In this document: piece by piece, positions 17,837-28,128 of the stretch
Layout of the letters: each line of letters starts with the position of its first letter
How positions within the stretch are numbered: position 1 is the stretch's first letter
Source: a virus
DNA: 64,000 nt
Strand: one strand, 5' to 3'
IMG/VR virus record: IMGVR_UViG_3300042879_003994
Coordinates: 1 to 64,000 of that record
Program-made: the position numbers and the translations under genes
Notes under the pieces: model-generated
What the model was told of the DNA's origin: nothing
The model's input: the letters and a program-made list of their open reading frames with translations, nothing else
The model's database searches: none

Positions 17837-20092
17837 ATGAGTATAAAAGTAAAAAAAAGAAGTGGTTCAACTGAAAATTTTAATATAGAAAAAATTCATA
17901 GAGTAATCAACTGGGCAATTAAAGATTTGTCTAATGTAAGCTTAACCGACGTAGAGATTAACGCAAAGATTAGTATCAATGATGGTGTTACTACTAAAGA
18001 GATTCATAAACTCTTAATTGAATCTGCAGCAAATTTGATATCAATAGAAAAACCTAATTATCAATATGTAGCCGGTAGACTTTTAAATTATCAATTGCGT
18101 AAGGATGTTTGGAAAGGTAAACATGCTCCCAGACTATTAGAATTTATTAATCAAGGTTTAAAAAATAAAATATATGATTCTATTATTCTAGAAAAATATG
18201 ACGAAGATGAATTAAATAAGATGGGAGAATTTATAGATCATGAAAGAGACTATAATTTCACCTATGCTGGTATAAAACAATTATGCGATAAGTATCTTAT
18301 TAAAGATCGCGTCACAGGTAAAATATATGAAACTCCGCAATTCGCTTACATATTAATTTCTGCCTATGCTTTTATAAATTATCCAAAAGAGAATAGATTA
18401 AGTTATGTTCGTAAGTTCTATGACGCAATCAGTAAACATAAAATAAATCTTCCAACTCCTGTAATGGCTGGAGTAAGAACTCCAAGTAAAAATTATGCAA
18501 GTTGCTGTTTAATTGGAGTAGATGATAGTAGGGATAGTATAACTGCTAGTGCTACAGCTGTAAGTATGGCTACTGCTAGTAGATGTGGGATTGGAATTGA
18601 TGTATCAAAGATTAGAGCTATCGGTTCTCCAATTAAGAATGGGGAAGTCGTTCATACTGGTTTGATCCCATTTCTTAAAATTTATGAAAGTAGTGTTAAG
18701 GCGTGGCAACAAAATGGTCTTCGCGGAGGAAGTGCTACTTGCAATATTCAATGGTGGCATTATGAGATCGAAGACATTGTAGTGTTAAAAAATAATGCAG
18801 GTACAGATGATAATCGCGTCCGCAAATTAGATTATACAGTCGGTATGAGTAAACTATTTTATGATAGAGTATTAAAAGATGAAGATGTTACATTATTTAA
18901 TACAGCTGAAGTTCCAGAACTATATGAAGCTTGGGGAACTAAAGACTTCGATAAGTTGTATAAAGAATGCGAATCTAAAAAACTAAAAATCAAGAAAAAA
19001 GTATCTGCTCGTAAATTATTCTCTTTAATTATCAAAGAAAGAGTAGAAACTGGTAGAATTTATATTCTTAACGTAGATCACGCTAATAATCATGGAGCTT
19101 GGTTAGATAAAGTCACAATGAGTAATCTTTGTACTGAAGTTATCCACCCAACTACTCCATTAAATGACTATCACGACAAAAATGGCGAAATTGGTATGTG
19201 CATTCTTTCGGCAGTGAATATGCTAGAAATTAAAAACTGGCAGGATCTTGAAAAGACTTGCGATCTTATCGTAAGATTTCTAGATGAAATCATTGAAATT
19301 CAAGATTACTTCAATATTGCTGCTGAAAATTTTGCAAAAAAACGTCGTAGTCTTGGAATTGGTATAACTAATTTGGCAGCCTATCTTGCTAAAAATGAAT
19401 TAAAATACACCTCAGATAAAACACTTCCAATTCTTGATGAATGGATGGAACATTTTCAATACTACCTTTTAAAGTCAAGTTTAGAACTTGCTAAAGAAAA
19501 AGGTAAATGCGAAAAATTTGACAGGACAAAATACTCGAAAGGAATTCTACCTATTGATACTTACAAAGATAAAGTAGATGAATTATGTAAAAGGAAATTA
19601 TCTCTTGATTGGGAAAAATTAAGAAAAGAAATAAAAGAATTTGGATTAAGACATTCTACATTATCATCTTGTATGCCATGCGAAAGTAGTTCTGTAATTC
19701 AATCTTCAACTAATGGCGTAGAACCAATTCGTAGTTTAATTACTTATAAAATGAGCAAGATGGGTAAGTTACCAGTACTAGTTCCTGGAGTTGGAAAGTA
19801 TGATGAGAATTATGAATTAGCGTATGATTTTAAAGATAACTCAGGTTTATTAAAAATTAACGCTATTATTCAAAAGTATATTGACATGGCGATATCAACT
19901 AATGTATACTATAATTATTCTCATTATGAAAATAATGTTCTTCCAGACGCAAAAGTAATGAAAGAAATTATGCAAGCATATTCTCTTGGTCTAATTAGTC
20001 TTTATTATAATAATACTGACGATGGCGATAAGGAGCAGCTAATGAATCAAAAAGAAGATCGCGATTGTTCTTCTGGAGCGTGTAAATTATAA
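17837..20092 (+). CDS. nrdA: Ribonucleotide reductase class Ia alpha subunit with ATP cone
   Basis: VKKRSG cone, PTPVM, ASCC, SNLCTE, LYY and C-terminal CSSGAC. Confidence 0.97.
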   Translation: MSIKVKKRSGSTENFNIEKIHRVINWAIKDLSNVSLTDVEINAKISINDGVTTKEIHKLLIESAANLISIEKPNYQYVAGRLLNYQLRKDVWKGKHAPRLLEFINQGLKNKIYDSIILEKYDEDELNKMGEFIDHERDYNFTYAGIKQLCDKYLIKDRVTGKIYETPQFAYILISAYAFINYPKENRLSYVRKFYDAISKHKINLPTPVMAGVRTPSKNYASCCLIGVDDSRDSITASATAVSMATASRCGIGIDVSKIRAIGSPIKNGEVVHTGLIPFLKIYESSVKAWQQNGLRGGSATCNIQWWHYEIEDIVVLKNNAGTDDNRVRKLDYTVGMSKLFYDRVLKDEDVTLFNTAEVPELYEAWGTKDFDKLYKECESKKLKIKKKVSARKLFSLIIKERVETGRIYILNVDHANNHGAWLDKVTMSNLCTEVIHPTTPLNDYHDKNGEIGMCILSAVNMLEIKNWQDLEKTCDLIVRFLDEIIEIQDYFNIAAENFAKKRRSLGIGITNLAAYLAKNELKYTSDKTLPILDEWMEHFQYYLLKSSLELAKEKGKCEKFDRTKYSKGILPIDTYKDKVDELCKRKLSLDWEKLRKEIKEFGLRHSTLSSCMPCESSSVIQSSTNGVEPIRSLITYKMSKMGKLPVLVPGVGKYDENYELAYDFKDNSGLLKINAIIQKYIDMAISTNVYYNYSHYENNVLPDAKVMKEIMQAYSLGLISLYYNNTDDGDKEQLMNQKEDRDCSSGACKL

Positions 20093-20095
20093 CCT

Positions 20096-21160
20096 ATGAA
20101 AAGTGTTTTAAATCTTAAAAATATAGATTATACAAAGCAACCATTATTCTTTGGAGAAGACCTTAATCTTCAAAGATATGATCGTTTTAAGTATCCTATC
20201 TTTTTTGAGCTTTTTAAAAAACAAGAAGAATTTTTCTGGTGGCCTCACGAGATCGCTCTAAATAAAGATCGAAGCGACTATAAGGACCTAGCTGGTCAAG
20301 AAAGATTTGTATTTGATACTAATCTGAAATTTCAAACCCTTGGAGATAGTATGCTTTCTAGAAGTATTCATTCTCTTAAAGATTATGTAAGTAATCCAGA
20401 GCTTGAAATATGCATGAACACTTGGCAAAGATTTGAAGGAATTCATAGTTATTCTTACTCATATTTACTCAATAATGTTCATCCAGACGCTAGTAAGTTC
20501 TTTGATAGCATTATGGAAGACAAAGAGATTGTATCCCGCGCCGAATTAATAAGAAATAATTTTGATAAAATACTTGGAGATGATGATAAGAAAGATCTAA
20601 AACAGAAAATCTTTGATTGTATTCTTTCCGTTAATGTTATGGAAGGACTTGTGTTTTATGTATCATTTGCCTGTTCTTTTTATTTTGGATATCGTGGAAA
20701 AATGGAAGGAAATGCTAAAATAATTAAATTTATTCAAAGAGATGAAGCGTTACATTTTGCTACAACTCAAAATCTAATTAAAATTCTAAAAGAAGAAGAT
20801 AAGGAAGGTTTTACTTCTATAGTTAAGAAGAGCGAAGATAAAGTATACGCTTTTTATGAACAAGCTGCTAAAAATGAGATCGAATGGGCTGAATATCTAT
20901 TCAGTAAAGGTTCATTATTAGGTTTAAATGCTGAAGTATTAGGTGGTTATTCTAAATGGCTTTGTGATGCTCGTTTACGATCATTAGGATATAAGAAAAT
21001 TTTTAATCAAAAAGATAACCCAATATCTGGCTGGCTAGACAGTTATCTTGATAGTAGTAAAGTTCAAGTGGCTCCACAGGAAACAGAAATCTCAACTTAC
21101 AAGATCGGAGCAAGAAAAACTGATATATCTGATGACGATTTCGGAGATATGAAGCTATAA
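20096..21160 (+). CDS. nrdB: Ribonucleotide reductase class Ia beta subunit
   Basis: FFW.P.E, EGIHSYSY, EGLVFYVSF, RDEALH and VAPQETE motifs. Confidence 0.97.
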   Translation: MKSVLNLKNIDYTKQPLFFGEDLNLQRYDRFKYPIFFELFKKQEEFFWWPHEIALNKDRSDYKDLAGQERFVFDTNLKFQTLGDSMLSRSIHSLKDYVSNPELEICMNTWQRFEGIHSYSYSYLLNNVHPDASKFFDSIMEDKEIVSRAELIRNNFDKILGDDDKKDLKQKIFDCILSVNVMEGLVFYVSFACSFYFGYRGKMEGNAKIIKFIQRDEALHFATTQNLIKILKEEDKEGFTSIVKKSEDKVYAFYEQAAKNEIEWAEYLFSKGSLLGLNAEVLGGYSKWLCDARLRSLGYKKIFNQKDNPISGWLDSYLDSSKVQVAPQETEISTYKIGARKTDISDDDFGDMKL

Positions 21161-21186
21161 TATAATACAAAAGTGTATTATATAGT

Positions 21187-21387
21187 GTGAACGAAAATAA
21201 GAAGAAAAAGAAAGTAAATCAACTTACAGTAAAAGAATGTGAAGCTATCCTAAATAGACTAGCTGGACAAGTAGAATGTAAGTACTATCAACATGTTTTA
21301 AATCACTATAGAAAGCTTTTACCTTCTCACGCGATGGCTATTGAATTATCCAATGTCCCAAGTGATAATAATGCAACTTTACCATAA
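21187..21387 (+). CDS. Hypothetical protein
   Basis: 66-aa ORF with GTGTAT 8 nt upstream. Confidence 0.55.
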   Translation: MNENKKKKKVNQLTVKECEAILNRLAGQVECKYYQHVLNHYRKLLPSHAMAIELSNVPSDNNATLP

Positions 21388-21427
21388 TTTATATAAAAAA
21401 ATATAATCTATAAGTGTAAATATATGT

Positions 21428-21766
21428 GTGAATTTAGATATCACAACAGTATTTAATCTTGTAATAGGAGCGTTATCATTCCTAGGCGGATGGCTTTTTA
21501 CTAGAGTATTTTCTATATCTGATAGGCAAGAGAAGCTCATTAAAGATTTAAATGATAAAACTTTTAGTGATTTTATAGCTTTAAGAAAAGAAGTAGAAAT
21601 TGAAAGTAGAAAACATCAGCAAGAGATAGCAGATTTAGCTCTAAAAGTCAGTACTACATATGTTACTAAAGAATCTTTTGAAGCATATTTTGATAGAATT
21701 GAAGCAAAGCTTGATCGTAATTTTGAGACAATACAGCAATATTTAATGAATAAAAATAAAAATTAA
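21428..21766 (+). CDS. Single-transmembrane coiled-coil protein, possibly lysis-related
   Basis: N-terminal hydrophobic helix then coiled coil; GTGTAA 8 nt upstream. Confidence 0.6.
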   Translation: MNLDITTVFNLVIGALSFLGGWLFTRVFSISDRQEKLIKDLNDKTFSDFIALRKEVEIESRKHQQEIADLALKVSTTYVTKESFEAYFDRIEAKLDRNFETIQQYLMNKNKN

Positions 21767-21780
21767 CTGTAATAGTTAAT

Positions 21781-22296
21781 GTGACGGTTTCGGAAAGAGA
21801 TATAGATTTTTTTGCTAAAAAGCTTGGCTTATCACCAGAAAAGACTTTTTTGCTTCTGCAAGATCCAGATTGCTTACCAGAAATACTAGAAAAAGTATCA
21901 GAAGATAATATAGATGGAATCGTAGACATTAGTTTTCCAGTCTTTACAGAATTAACTATAATAAAATATAGCAAAGATTTAGATTACTCATTTGAAGAAA
22001 AGGAATATATATCAGAGACTGTTGGCACAAAATTTTATGATCTTATAGAATATCCACTTCAAAATAAGTATTTTTTTACATTAGAACATAATGAAGATAC
22101 AGCGAGGTCTGTGTTGGTATTTCTTGGATTCTTTTATAAGAGTTTACATAAAACTAGAAGATGTTATCCTTCTGAAAGTATATACTTTAATATAGCAAAA
22201 AATGGATTTATAAATTCAGATAAAGAAGAGATATCTTATCATCTAAAAGATTGGATTAAAGTATTAAGAATCATACATAATGAAGTTTGGTTTTAA
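21781..22296 (+). CDS. Hypothetical protein
   Basis: 171-aa ORF with CTGTAA 8 nt upstream. Confidence 0.6.
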   Translation: MTVSERDIDFFAKKLGLSPEKTFLLLQDPDCLPEILEKVSEDNIDGIVDISFPVFTELTIIKYSKDLDYSFEEKEYISETVGTKFYDLIEYPLQNKYFFTLEHNEDTARSVLVFLGFFYKSLHKTRRCYPSESIYFNIAKNGFINSDKEEISYHLKDWIKVLRIIHNEVWF

Positions 22297-22319
22297 TACG
22301 AAATCCTCAAATTATTTAA

Positions 22320-22628
22320 CTTTTCTTTGATATCCAAAAGGGCTTTACCTCCAGATTTTATATATCTGAAGTTGGGTATTATCAATCCAACTTTTCTTTT
22401 GACTCCAAATTTACCGCAATCTCAGCGATAAACGGGCCATCGCACTTATGGGTCAGAGGTAGCTTCGACCACTACATTCTGCGATGCCTATAGCTACATT
22501 CCCTTCAAAAGCCATATTATGTACAAAAGAAGGTTTTAATAGTTGTCAGCCCTTTAGACATTGCTATCTCAAGGATTGATAGTTGATTATTTGACATCAA
22601 CAAACTGCTCTAATTGGAAGCTATGTTA
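22320..22628 (-). ncRNA. Candidate structured non-coding RNA of unknown class; ends approximate
   Basis: ORF-free gap; TTGACA-17-TAGTAT promoter at 22663-22635; eight or more nested helices whose G-U pairs work only on the minus strand. Confidence 0.65.
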
Positions 22629-22682
22629 ATTTATATACTATTATTTTTTTATTTTTTTGTCAAATCTTTTTATAATATATAA

Positions 22683-22892
22683 ATGGAAATAATTAAAAGT
22701 AAAGCCAAATGGTCGGTTTATTCTCAAAAGTGCGTAAAGCATTATAATATAAACAATGAGAATATTTATGATGAACCTACTGAATATCCATGTATTGCTA
22801 TTCCTCAATTAATATCAGATATAAATGGTTCAAGAGTTAAATTCAGTTTTGTTTATAAAAAAGATTGCCAAAAACTTTTAAAAGCTTTATAA
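22683..22892 (+). CDS. Hypothetical protein
   Basis: 69-aa ORF with TATAAT 6 nt before the ATG. Confidence 0.6.
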   Translation: MEIIKSKAKWSVYSQKCVKHYNINNENIYDEPTEYPCIAIPQLISDINGSRVKFSFVYKKDCQKLLKAL

Positions 22893-22921
22893 TGTGTAAA
22901 ATATATAAGTTCTTTCTCATT

Positions 22922-23311
22922 GGGCCTGAATTTGGTTTCGATTTTAGTAATAGGAATTAGAATGCAAGTAGAGGTTTAGGTGGGTCTCTTTAAAAAACCT
23001 TAAAAGTATTAACTGCCAAAACAGCCAAATACAAAGGTCATATCTCTGCTAGAGTTTCTCTAGTCGAGGAGACCGTTTCTGTAGCTTAAGTTCTACAGCG
23101 TGATTACCATGACACATCTATTGGATAATTGCGTATTTAGATGTCTCTGATTATAAAGTTTTTTTATTCTTTATTGTCATTGTATTCAAAATAAACTCGC
23201 TTAGTATGTTTGTTCTTTTCCCTATACAAAGCTAAAAATAAAAAGAAATAAACTTGTAGTATTTTAATTTAAATTATCTAAAAGACCTCGGTTCAACTCC
23301 GAGCAGGTCCA
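22922..23311 (+). ncRNA. ssrA: tmRNA; tag reading frame 23015-23089 encodes AKTAKYKGHISARVSLVEETVSVA*
   Basis: Acceptor GGGCCTG/CAGGTCC-A with G3-U wobble; 5' GGTTTCGA; T arm CTCGGTTCAACTCCGAG; TTAACT|GCC resume context. Confidence 0.9.
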
Positions 23312-23363
23312 AGTAAACTTATGATAAATTCACATAATAATATGTGTATATATATTATAGATT

Positions 23364-24665
23364 ATGATCATAGAAAATGATAAAGTAGTATTAGTAGATT
23401 TAGATGATGTATCTAGCGCTACTTTTGCCGGTACATGTACTTCATGCGGTGGAGAAAATAGTTATTTCTCAAGAAAAATGGGAGATTTATATTATATAAA
23501 TGTATCAGCAAATAATTCGGGACCATTTACATCAAATGCAAAGGCATCTTTTGATCCAAAAGGTAAAATATTGCCAGGAACTGTAAAAGTATATACATGC
23601 AGAAAAGATGAAAAACCTCCAGTATTTGTTTCAAATACCTTATCTGAAGTTGAACAAAATATTACATTTTTCTATAACGCTTTTAGAACAACAGATACAG
23701 CGCTAGATGCAGATTTAGTCTCAAAAATGGCTTTAGCAATGAAAGAGTATTATGTATTTGGAGATACTAAGAAAAAATGCGAAGAACAAATGTATAAAGA
23801 TTTTCCAACCAAAATCTATCAATCAAAAGCATTTGGACCATTATTAGAAAAATGGACGAATCTTAGATTTCCAGTTTCATTTTATAAGCAAGCAATTAAA
23901 GATATTAGAACTGTTTATACTCCAGATATAAACATTACATGTAAGCCAATGATTTCAATGTGCCCAGATGGTTCAAATGCAACGATAACAGTAGTTAAAA
24001 AAGATGGAACAACTGAGACTTATTGTAAATCTGCACTTATAGTAATTAATAGAAGTTCAGATTTTGGTTATCGTATTAATAAAATTGTAACAGGTGACGA
24101 TTTAGAAAATACCGCTTTATCAAACTGGTCTGAGTATCTATCAGCAAATAGTTCAGCGTATCAACAAGGCATTTTAACTAGGGCGGAGGCAGCACTTAAT
24201 AGTACGCTTCCAAATAGAGTAATTACTTATAAACCAGCCGGTGAAAATGGAGCAATATTTAGATTTAGACTCTCAAATAGTTTAAGTAATGTATTTAGTA
24301 TACAAGTTGCAATTCCAATTGGTTCTGGTCCAGAATTTGGTCAAAATTGGTTTTATACACCAGTTACAACATTTGCTGTTAGCATACCTGCCATCGCTCG
24401 AATGTATAATCAATATCAAAATTTATTAGCCAATCAAAGAGCTTTAGCTGAAGCACGAAGAACGGCGAATAATGCAGCAATTATAAATCCAGATCCACAA
24501 GTTACAACGCCCCCAACAACGATAGATTACAACGTGGATAATCCAGTAAATACTCCCCCAGAGTTTCCAGTAAATCCAAATATAACAGATCCTATAAATA
24601 ATGCAACCCCAGATGGAACTTACGGCGGAAATTCTGGAGCTTTTGATATAGGCGCTGACCAATAA
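23364..24665 (+). CDS. Hypothetical protein with N-terminal CxxC and Pro/Asn/Thr-rich tail
   Basis: 433-aa ORF with GTGTAT upstream. Confidence 0.65.
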   Translation: MIIENDKVVLVDLDDVSSATFAGTCTSCGGENSYFSRKMGDLYYINVSANNSGPFTSNAKASFDPKGKILPGTVKVYTCRKDEKPPVFVSNTLSEVEQNITFFYNAFRTTDTALDADLVSKMALAMKEYYVFGDTKKKCEEQMYKDFPTKIYQSKAFGPLLEKWTNLRFPVSFYKQAIKDIRTVYTPDINITCKPMISMCPDGSNATITVVKKDGTTETYCKSALIVINRSSDFGYRINKIVTGDDLENTALSNWSEYLSANSSAYQQGILTRAEAALNSTLPNRVITYKPAGENGAIFRFRLSNSLSNVFSIQVAIPIGSGPEFGQNWFYTPVTTFAVSIPAIARMYNQYQNLLANQRALAEARRTANNAAIINPDPQVTTPPTTIDYNVDNPVNTPPEFPVNPNITDPINNATPDGTYGGNSGAFDIGADQ

Positions 24666-24715
24666 TAAATATTATTTAATTTAGATTATATATTTATTAG
24701 TTCAATAATACATTA

Positions 24716-25681
24716 TTGAACATACTTTGGCCAGATATTCATAAAAATCTCACAAGAAATATAGCAAAAGCATTCTCCTTGCTTGGACATAATCTCATTT
24801 TACCAAGCGATGAATATATACCAACAAATTTACCACCAAAACAATTTAATCAATGGGTTTGGAATACTTCTTGGACTCAAGAAAAAATAAACCTAGAATT
24901 CTCCACTAATAATATTAAAGTATTAAATAAAGAACAAATCCTTGATCTTAAACCAGAAGTAGTATTTATTACAAGTTTTGAGAGCCAGTTCGAAATTCTA
25001 AATGAGATTTGGCCGCACCTTAAAGATAAAAGTAAACTAGCTTGCTATAGCGGAAATGATTATTGGGATGGAGCGTACCCATTTTATATTATTAAAAATT
25101 ATTTATGTGCAGATTATGTTGGTTATATACTAGCCAACAAATATAAAGTAAATCATCTTTATTACAAACCTTGGATAGATTATGATAGATGTACTTTTGA
25201 TGGACCAACGGATGGCAATATAATTGGGGTCTATATCTCAGAATATGAAAAGAACTTTAATCAAGAATATAATATGAGTCGCGAATTACAGAAAATAACA
25301 CCATATATAGATTATCATTATCATACGAATAGTTCTCAAGAAGAGCTTACTAAAACTTTAAAATCAAGTATAGCTACCCAACATATCAAACATCTCGAAG
25401 GATATGGGATAGCAATTATTGAAAGTATGGCTTGTGGAAAACCAGTATTTATGCATCGTAAAATGGCGCAAAATAAAAGTCTTATGCAGTGGAGCATAGA
25501 GAATGTAACAGCCTTATTTTTTGAAAGTGAAATTGAATATATCGCTAAATTAAAAGCTCTATACGAAAGCAAAGACTATAGATATTTTCTACAGAATACC
25601 ACGGCTTATGTAATTCGTCAAATTATAGATAACCAAAGAGAAACGGAAAAGCTTGGACATTTTCTTAATAATCTAGTATAA
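24716..25681 (+). CDS. GT4-like glycosyltransferase
   Basis: EGYGIAIIESMACGKPV motif. Confidence 0.8.
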   Translation: MNILWPDIHKNLTRNIAKAFSLLGHNLILPSDEYIPTNLPPKQFNQWVWNTSWTQEKINLEFSTNNIKVLNKEQILDLKPEVVFITSFESQFEILNEIWPHLKDKSKLACYSGNDYWDGAYPFYIIKNYLCADYVGYILANKYKVNHLYYKPWIDYDRCTFDGPTDGNIIGVYISEYEKNFNQEYNMSRELQKITPYIDYHYHTNSSQEELTKTLKSSIATQHIKHLEGYGIAIIESMACGKPVFMHRKMAQNKSLMQWSIENVTALFFESEIEYIAKLKALYESKDYRYFLQNTTAYVIRQIIDNQRETEKLGHFLNNLV

Positions 25682-25689
25682 TTTTCATA

Positions 25690-26526
25690 GTGAAAATTTG
25701 GCTCTGCGGTATCACTCAAGATGAAAAGCAGAATATTGATGATATGACTAAAGATATATATCAATATTTTGATGGTCTTATTTTTGTAGATGGAGGATCA
25801 AAAGACGGGACGTTGGAAGTATTAAATGCAAGAAAAGGACAAGGAAAGATCATAAATAGAGAATGGTCAAATGACCACGATCTTCAAATGAATGGCTTCT
25901 TAAGATCAAATGTAATGCAAAATGGTGATTGGTTTATTATTCGCGATAGTTGTGAAAGATTGAATATTGATTGGACTAAAAATTTACGTAATTTTATAGA
26001 AAATTTCTTGGATAAAAATAAAATAAATAGCTGCGTTGATAGACAAAAAGCTTTTCTTGTTAAGTATTTTGATGATATGATATTCCAAGGTAGCCCACAT
26101 TGGGGATTGCAAGGTATGCGGCCAGGTTACATTGATCTTTATGAATATTATGGTAAAAATCAGCAGTTATTTGCATGGGAAGAAAGACCATCTCAAAGAA
26201 AACACTATATTGATAGCGATATGAAGTATTACTTTGTTTATGGAAGATCAAATCATTGCGTACTTCATTATTATGACAATGGCAAAACTCCAGAAAAATA
26301 TCAACAGCAAGAAGAAATTAGACAAACATTTAGAAGATATTGTGAAAGTTTAAATATTAAATTTAGCCTAGAGTCATTAAAAAATTTTTGGAGAAAGAAT
26401 TCAATTGATGAAAAAATGAAGTTCTTTATCAATAACGAAAGGCTTATTAGAAGATTCTATAGATTAAATATTTTAAACCATTCGCTAGATCTAATTGATT
26501 CATCAGAAGAATGGAAGCTACAATGA
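25690..26526 (+). CDS. GT2-like glycosyltransferase
   Basis: FVDGGSKDGTLE and W...DSCE motifs. Confidence 0.75.
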   Translation: MKIWLCGITQDEKQNIDDMTKDIYQYFDGLIFVDGGSKDGTLEVLNARKGQGKIINREWSNDHDLQMNGFLRSNVMQNGDWFIIRDSCERLNIDWTKNLRNFIENFLDKNKINSCVDRQKAFLVKYFDDMIFQGSPHWGLQGMRPGYIDLYEYYGKNQQLFAWEERPSQRKHYIDSDMKYYFVYGRSNHCVLHYYDNGKTPEKYQQQEEIRQTFRRYCESLNIKFSLESLKNFWRKNSIDEKMKFFINNERLIRRFYRLNILNHSLDLIDSSEEWKLQ

Positions 26527-27422
26527 AGCTTATAGATTGTTTTATGTATTTTAATGAAAAGGATATAGCCTATCTTAGAATTAAGGAATTATATGATGTT
26601 GTAGACTATTTTATAATTAACGAAGCCACAAGAACTCATCAAGGGCAAGATAAACAGATATCTTTTTGGAAAGACGACAGACTCCAAGAATTCAAAGATA
26701 AGATAATTTATTCATCAATAGAGCTGGACGGAAGATTTGATGATTTTATGCCTAAATTTTTCCCAGACGCAAAGATTGGCGCAAAAGAACACGAGCAGAG
26801 AATAAGGCTTTTTGAGCAAATTGAAAAATTAAATTTATCAAATCTAGACACAATAATGATATCAGACTGCGATGAAATACCTAATAAAAATGTATTTCAA
26901 GAAATGATTAATTACCCAATAGTAGCATTGAATCAAATGTTTTTTGTTCACTACATTGATGTCTATACAAATAAAAATGTAACTGGAACAGTAGCATGTA
27001 AATACGAAGGACTAAAACATCTTAATAGTTTATCTAATAATATGGGTCTTCAAATATTAAGAAGAGATAAAGATTTTATGCCAAGGATAGAGAATGGAGG
27101 CTGGCACTATTCTTACATGGGAGGAGCCAAATCAGTTAGTCAAAAAGTAGTATCAACATACGATGGTAATTTAAATTCTCAATGGAAAACGGAAGAAGCA
27201 TCTCAAAAATTAATCGATGATAGCATTAAGAATAAACAAAGCCCATTCTCTCAAGAACCAATTAGTATCTTAGATTTTAAGTACGCAACATTTGCCGAGT
27301 TAAACTTTATAACAGCAAAACAAGGAGGATGGCAAAAAGCTTCAGCAAGATGTCAGTTACATCCTAAAGTTTTAGAGTTAGATTTTAATGGAGATTTTGA
27401 GCATCTAAGATATAAAAAATAA
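26523..27422 (+). CDS. GT17-like (beta-1,4-GlcNAc transferase family) glycosyltransferase
   Basis: IDCFMYFNE, VVDYF.I.EA..TH.G, SDCDEIP and GGWHYSY motifs; start moved to ATG 26523. Confidence 0.85.
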   Translation: MKLIDCFMYFNEKDIAYLRIKELYDVVDYFIINEATRTHQGQDKQISFWKDDRLQEFKDKIIYSSIELDGRFDDFMPKFFPDAKIGAKEHEQRIRLFEQIEKLNLSNLDTIMISDCDEIPNKNVFQEMINYPIVALNQMFFVHYIDVYTNKNVTGTVACKYEGLKHLNSLSNNMGLQILRRDKDFMPRIENGGWHYSYMGGAKSVSQKVVSTYDGNLNSQWKTEEASQKLIDDSIKNKQSPFSQEPISILDFKYATFAELNFITAKQGGWQKASARCQLHPKVLELDFNGDFEHLRYKK

Positions 27423-27423
27423 A

Positions 27424-28128
27424 ATGAATAATCCTTTTGATTTTTTTGAAGAAATTTATTGTATCAATCTTTCATATAGAACCGATAAATGGAAATCTTG
27501 TTTAGCGCAATTTGAAAAATTAGGCATACATAATAGAGTTGAAAGATTTAATGCTATAAAATTTGAAGGCGCACACCCAAATGTTAATATACGTTCAGCA
27601 GGATGTTTTGCTTCTCATAGAGCCGCAATTAATTTAATTAAAGAACGTAATTTAAATAATGCTTTAATTTTTGAAGATGATGTTGAATTTGTAAATGATG
27701 TAAATAAATATTTACCATTATCGATAGAAGAATTAAAGAAACAAAGCTCATGGGATATATTTTATTTAGGCATGCATGTCGGATATGGATTTGATATCTC
27801 TAGGCCAAATGATATTCCATTACAAAGAGTTAGTCAAAATCTATTACAAGTAAATGTAGCTTTATGCGCTCATGCTCAAGCCTATAGTAGAGAAGCCGCG
27901 GAGATTATTAGTTCAAATATTCCAGAAGGACAGGAGATTATACCTTGGCTTCAAAAAAATGAAAGCGTAGATGGATGGCTAATGAGAAATATCTTGCCTA
28001 GGAAAAAATCATTTTCTACAAATGAAATACTCGCGACTCAAAAAGAATGTTTTTCAGATAATAACCTAGTGGTTACGAGATTAGACAAACATTTTATTAA
28101 TGAGTTTAATAAGCTTAGACCGCTATGA
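27424..28128 (+). CDS. GT25 family glycosyltransferase
   Basis: YCINL..R.D, RF.A, GCFASH and LIFEDD motifs. Confidence 0.85.
   Translation: MNNPFDFFEEIYCINLSYRTDKWKSCLAQFEKLGIHNRVERFNAIKFEGAHPNVNIRSAGCFASHRAAINLIKERNLNNALIFEDDVEFVNDVNKYLPLSIEELKKQSSWDIFYLGMHVGYGFDISRPNDIPLQRVSQNLLQVNVALCAHAQAYSREAAEIISSNIPEGQEIIPWLQKNESVDGWLMRNILPRKKSFSTNEILATQKECFSDNNLVVTRLDKHFINEFNKLRPL

Noticed and set aside
22320-22628. RNase P RNA or group I intron
   Set aside because: The RNase P GAGGAAAGUCC and terminal P4 consensus were not found on either strand, and the region does not interrupt a gene
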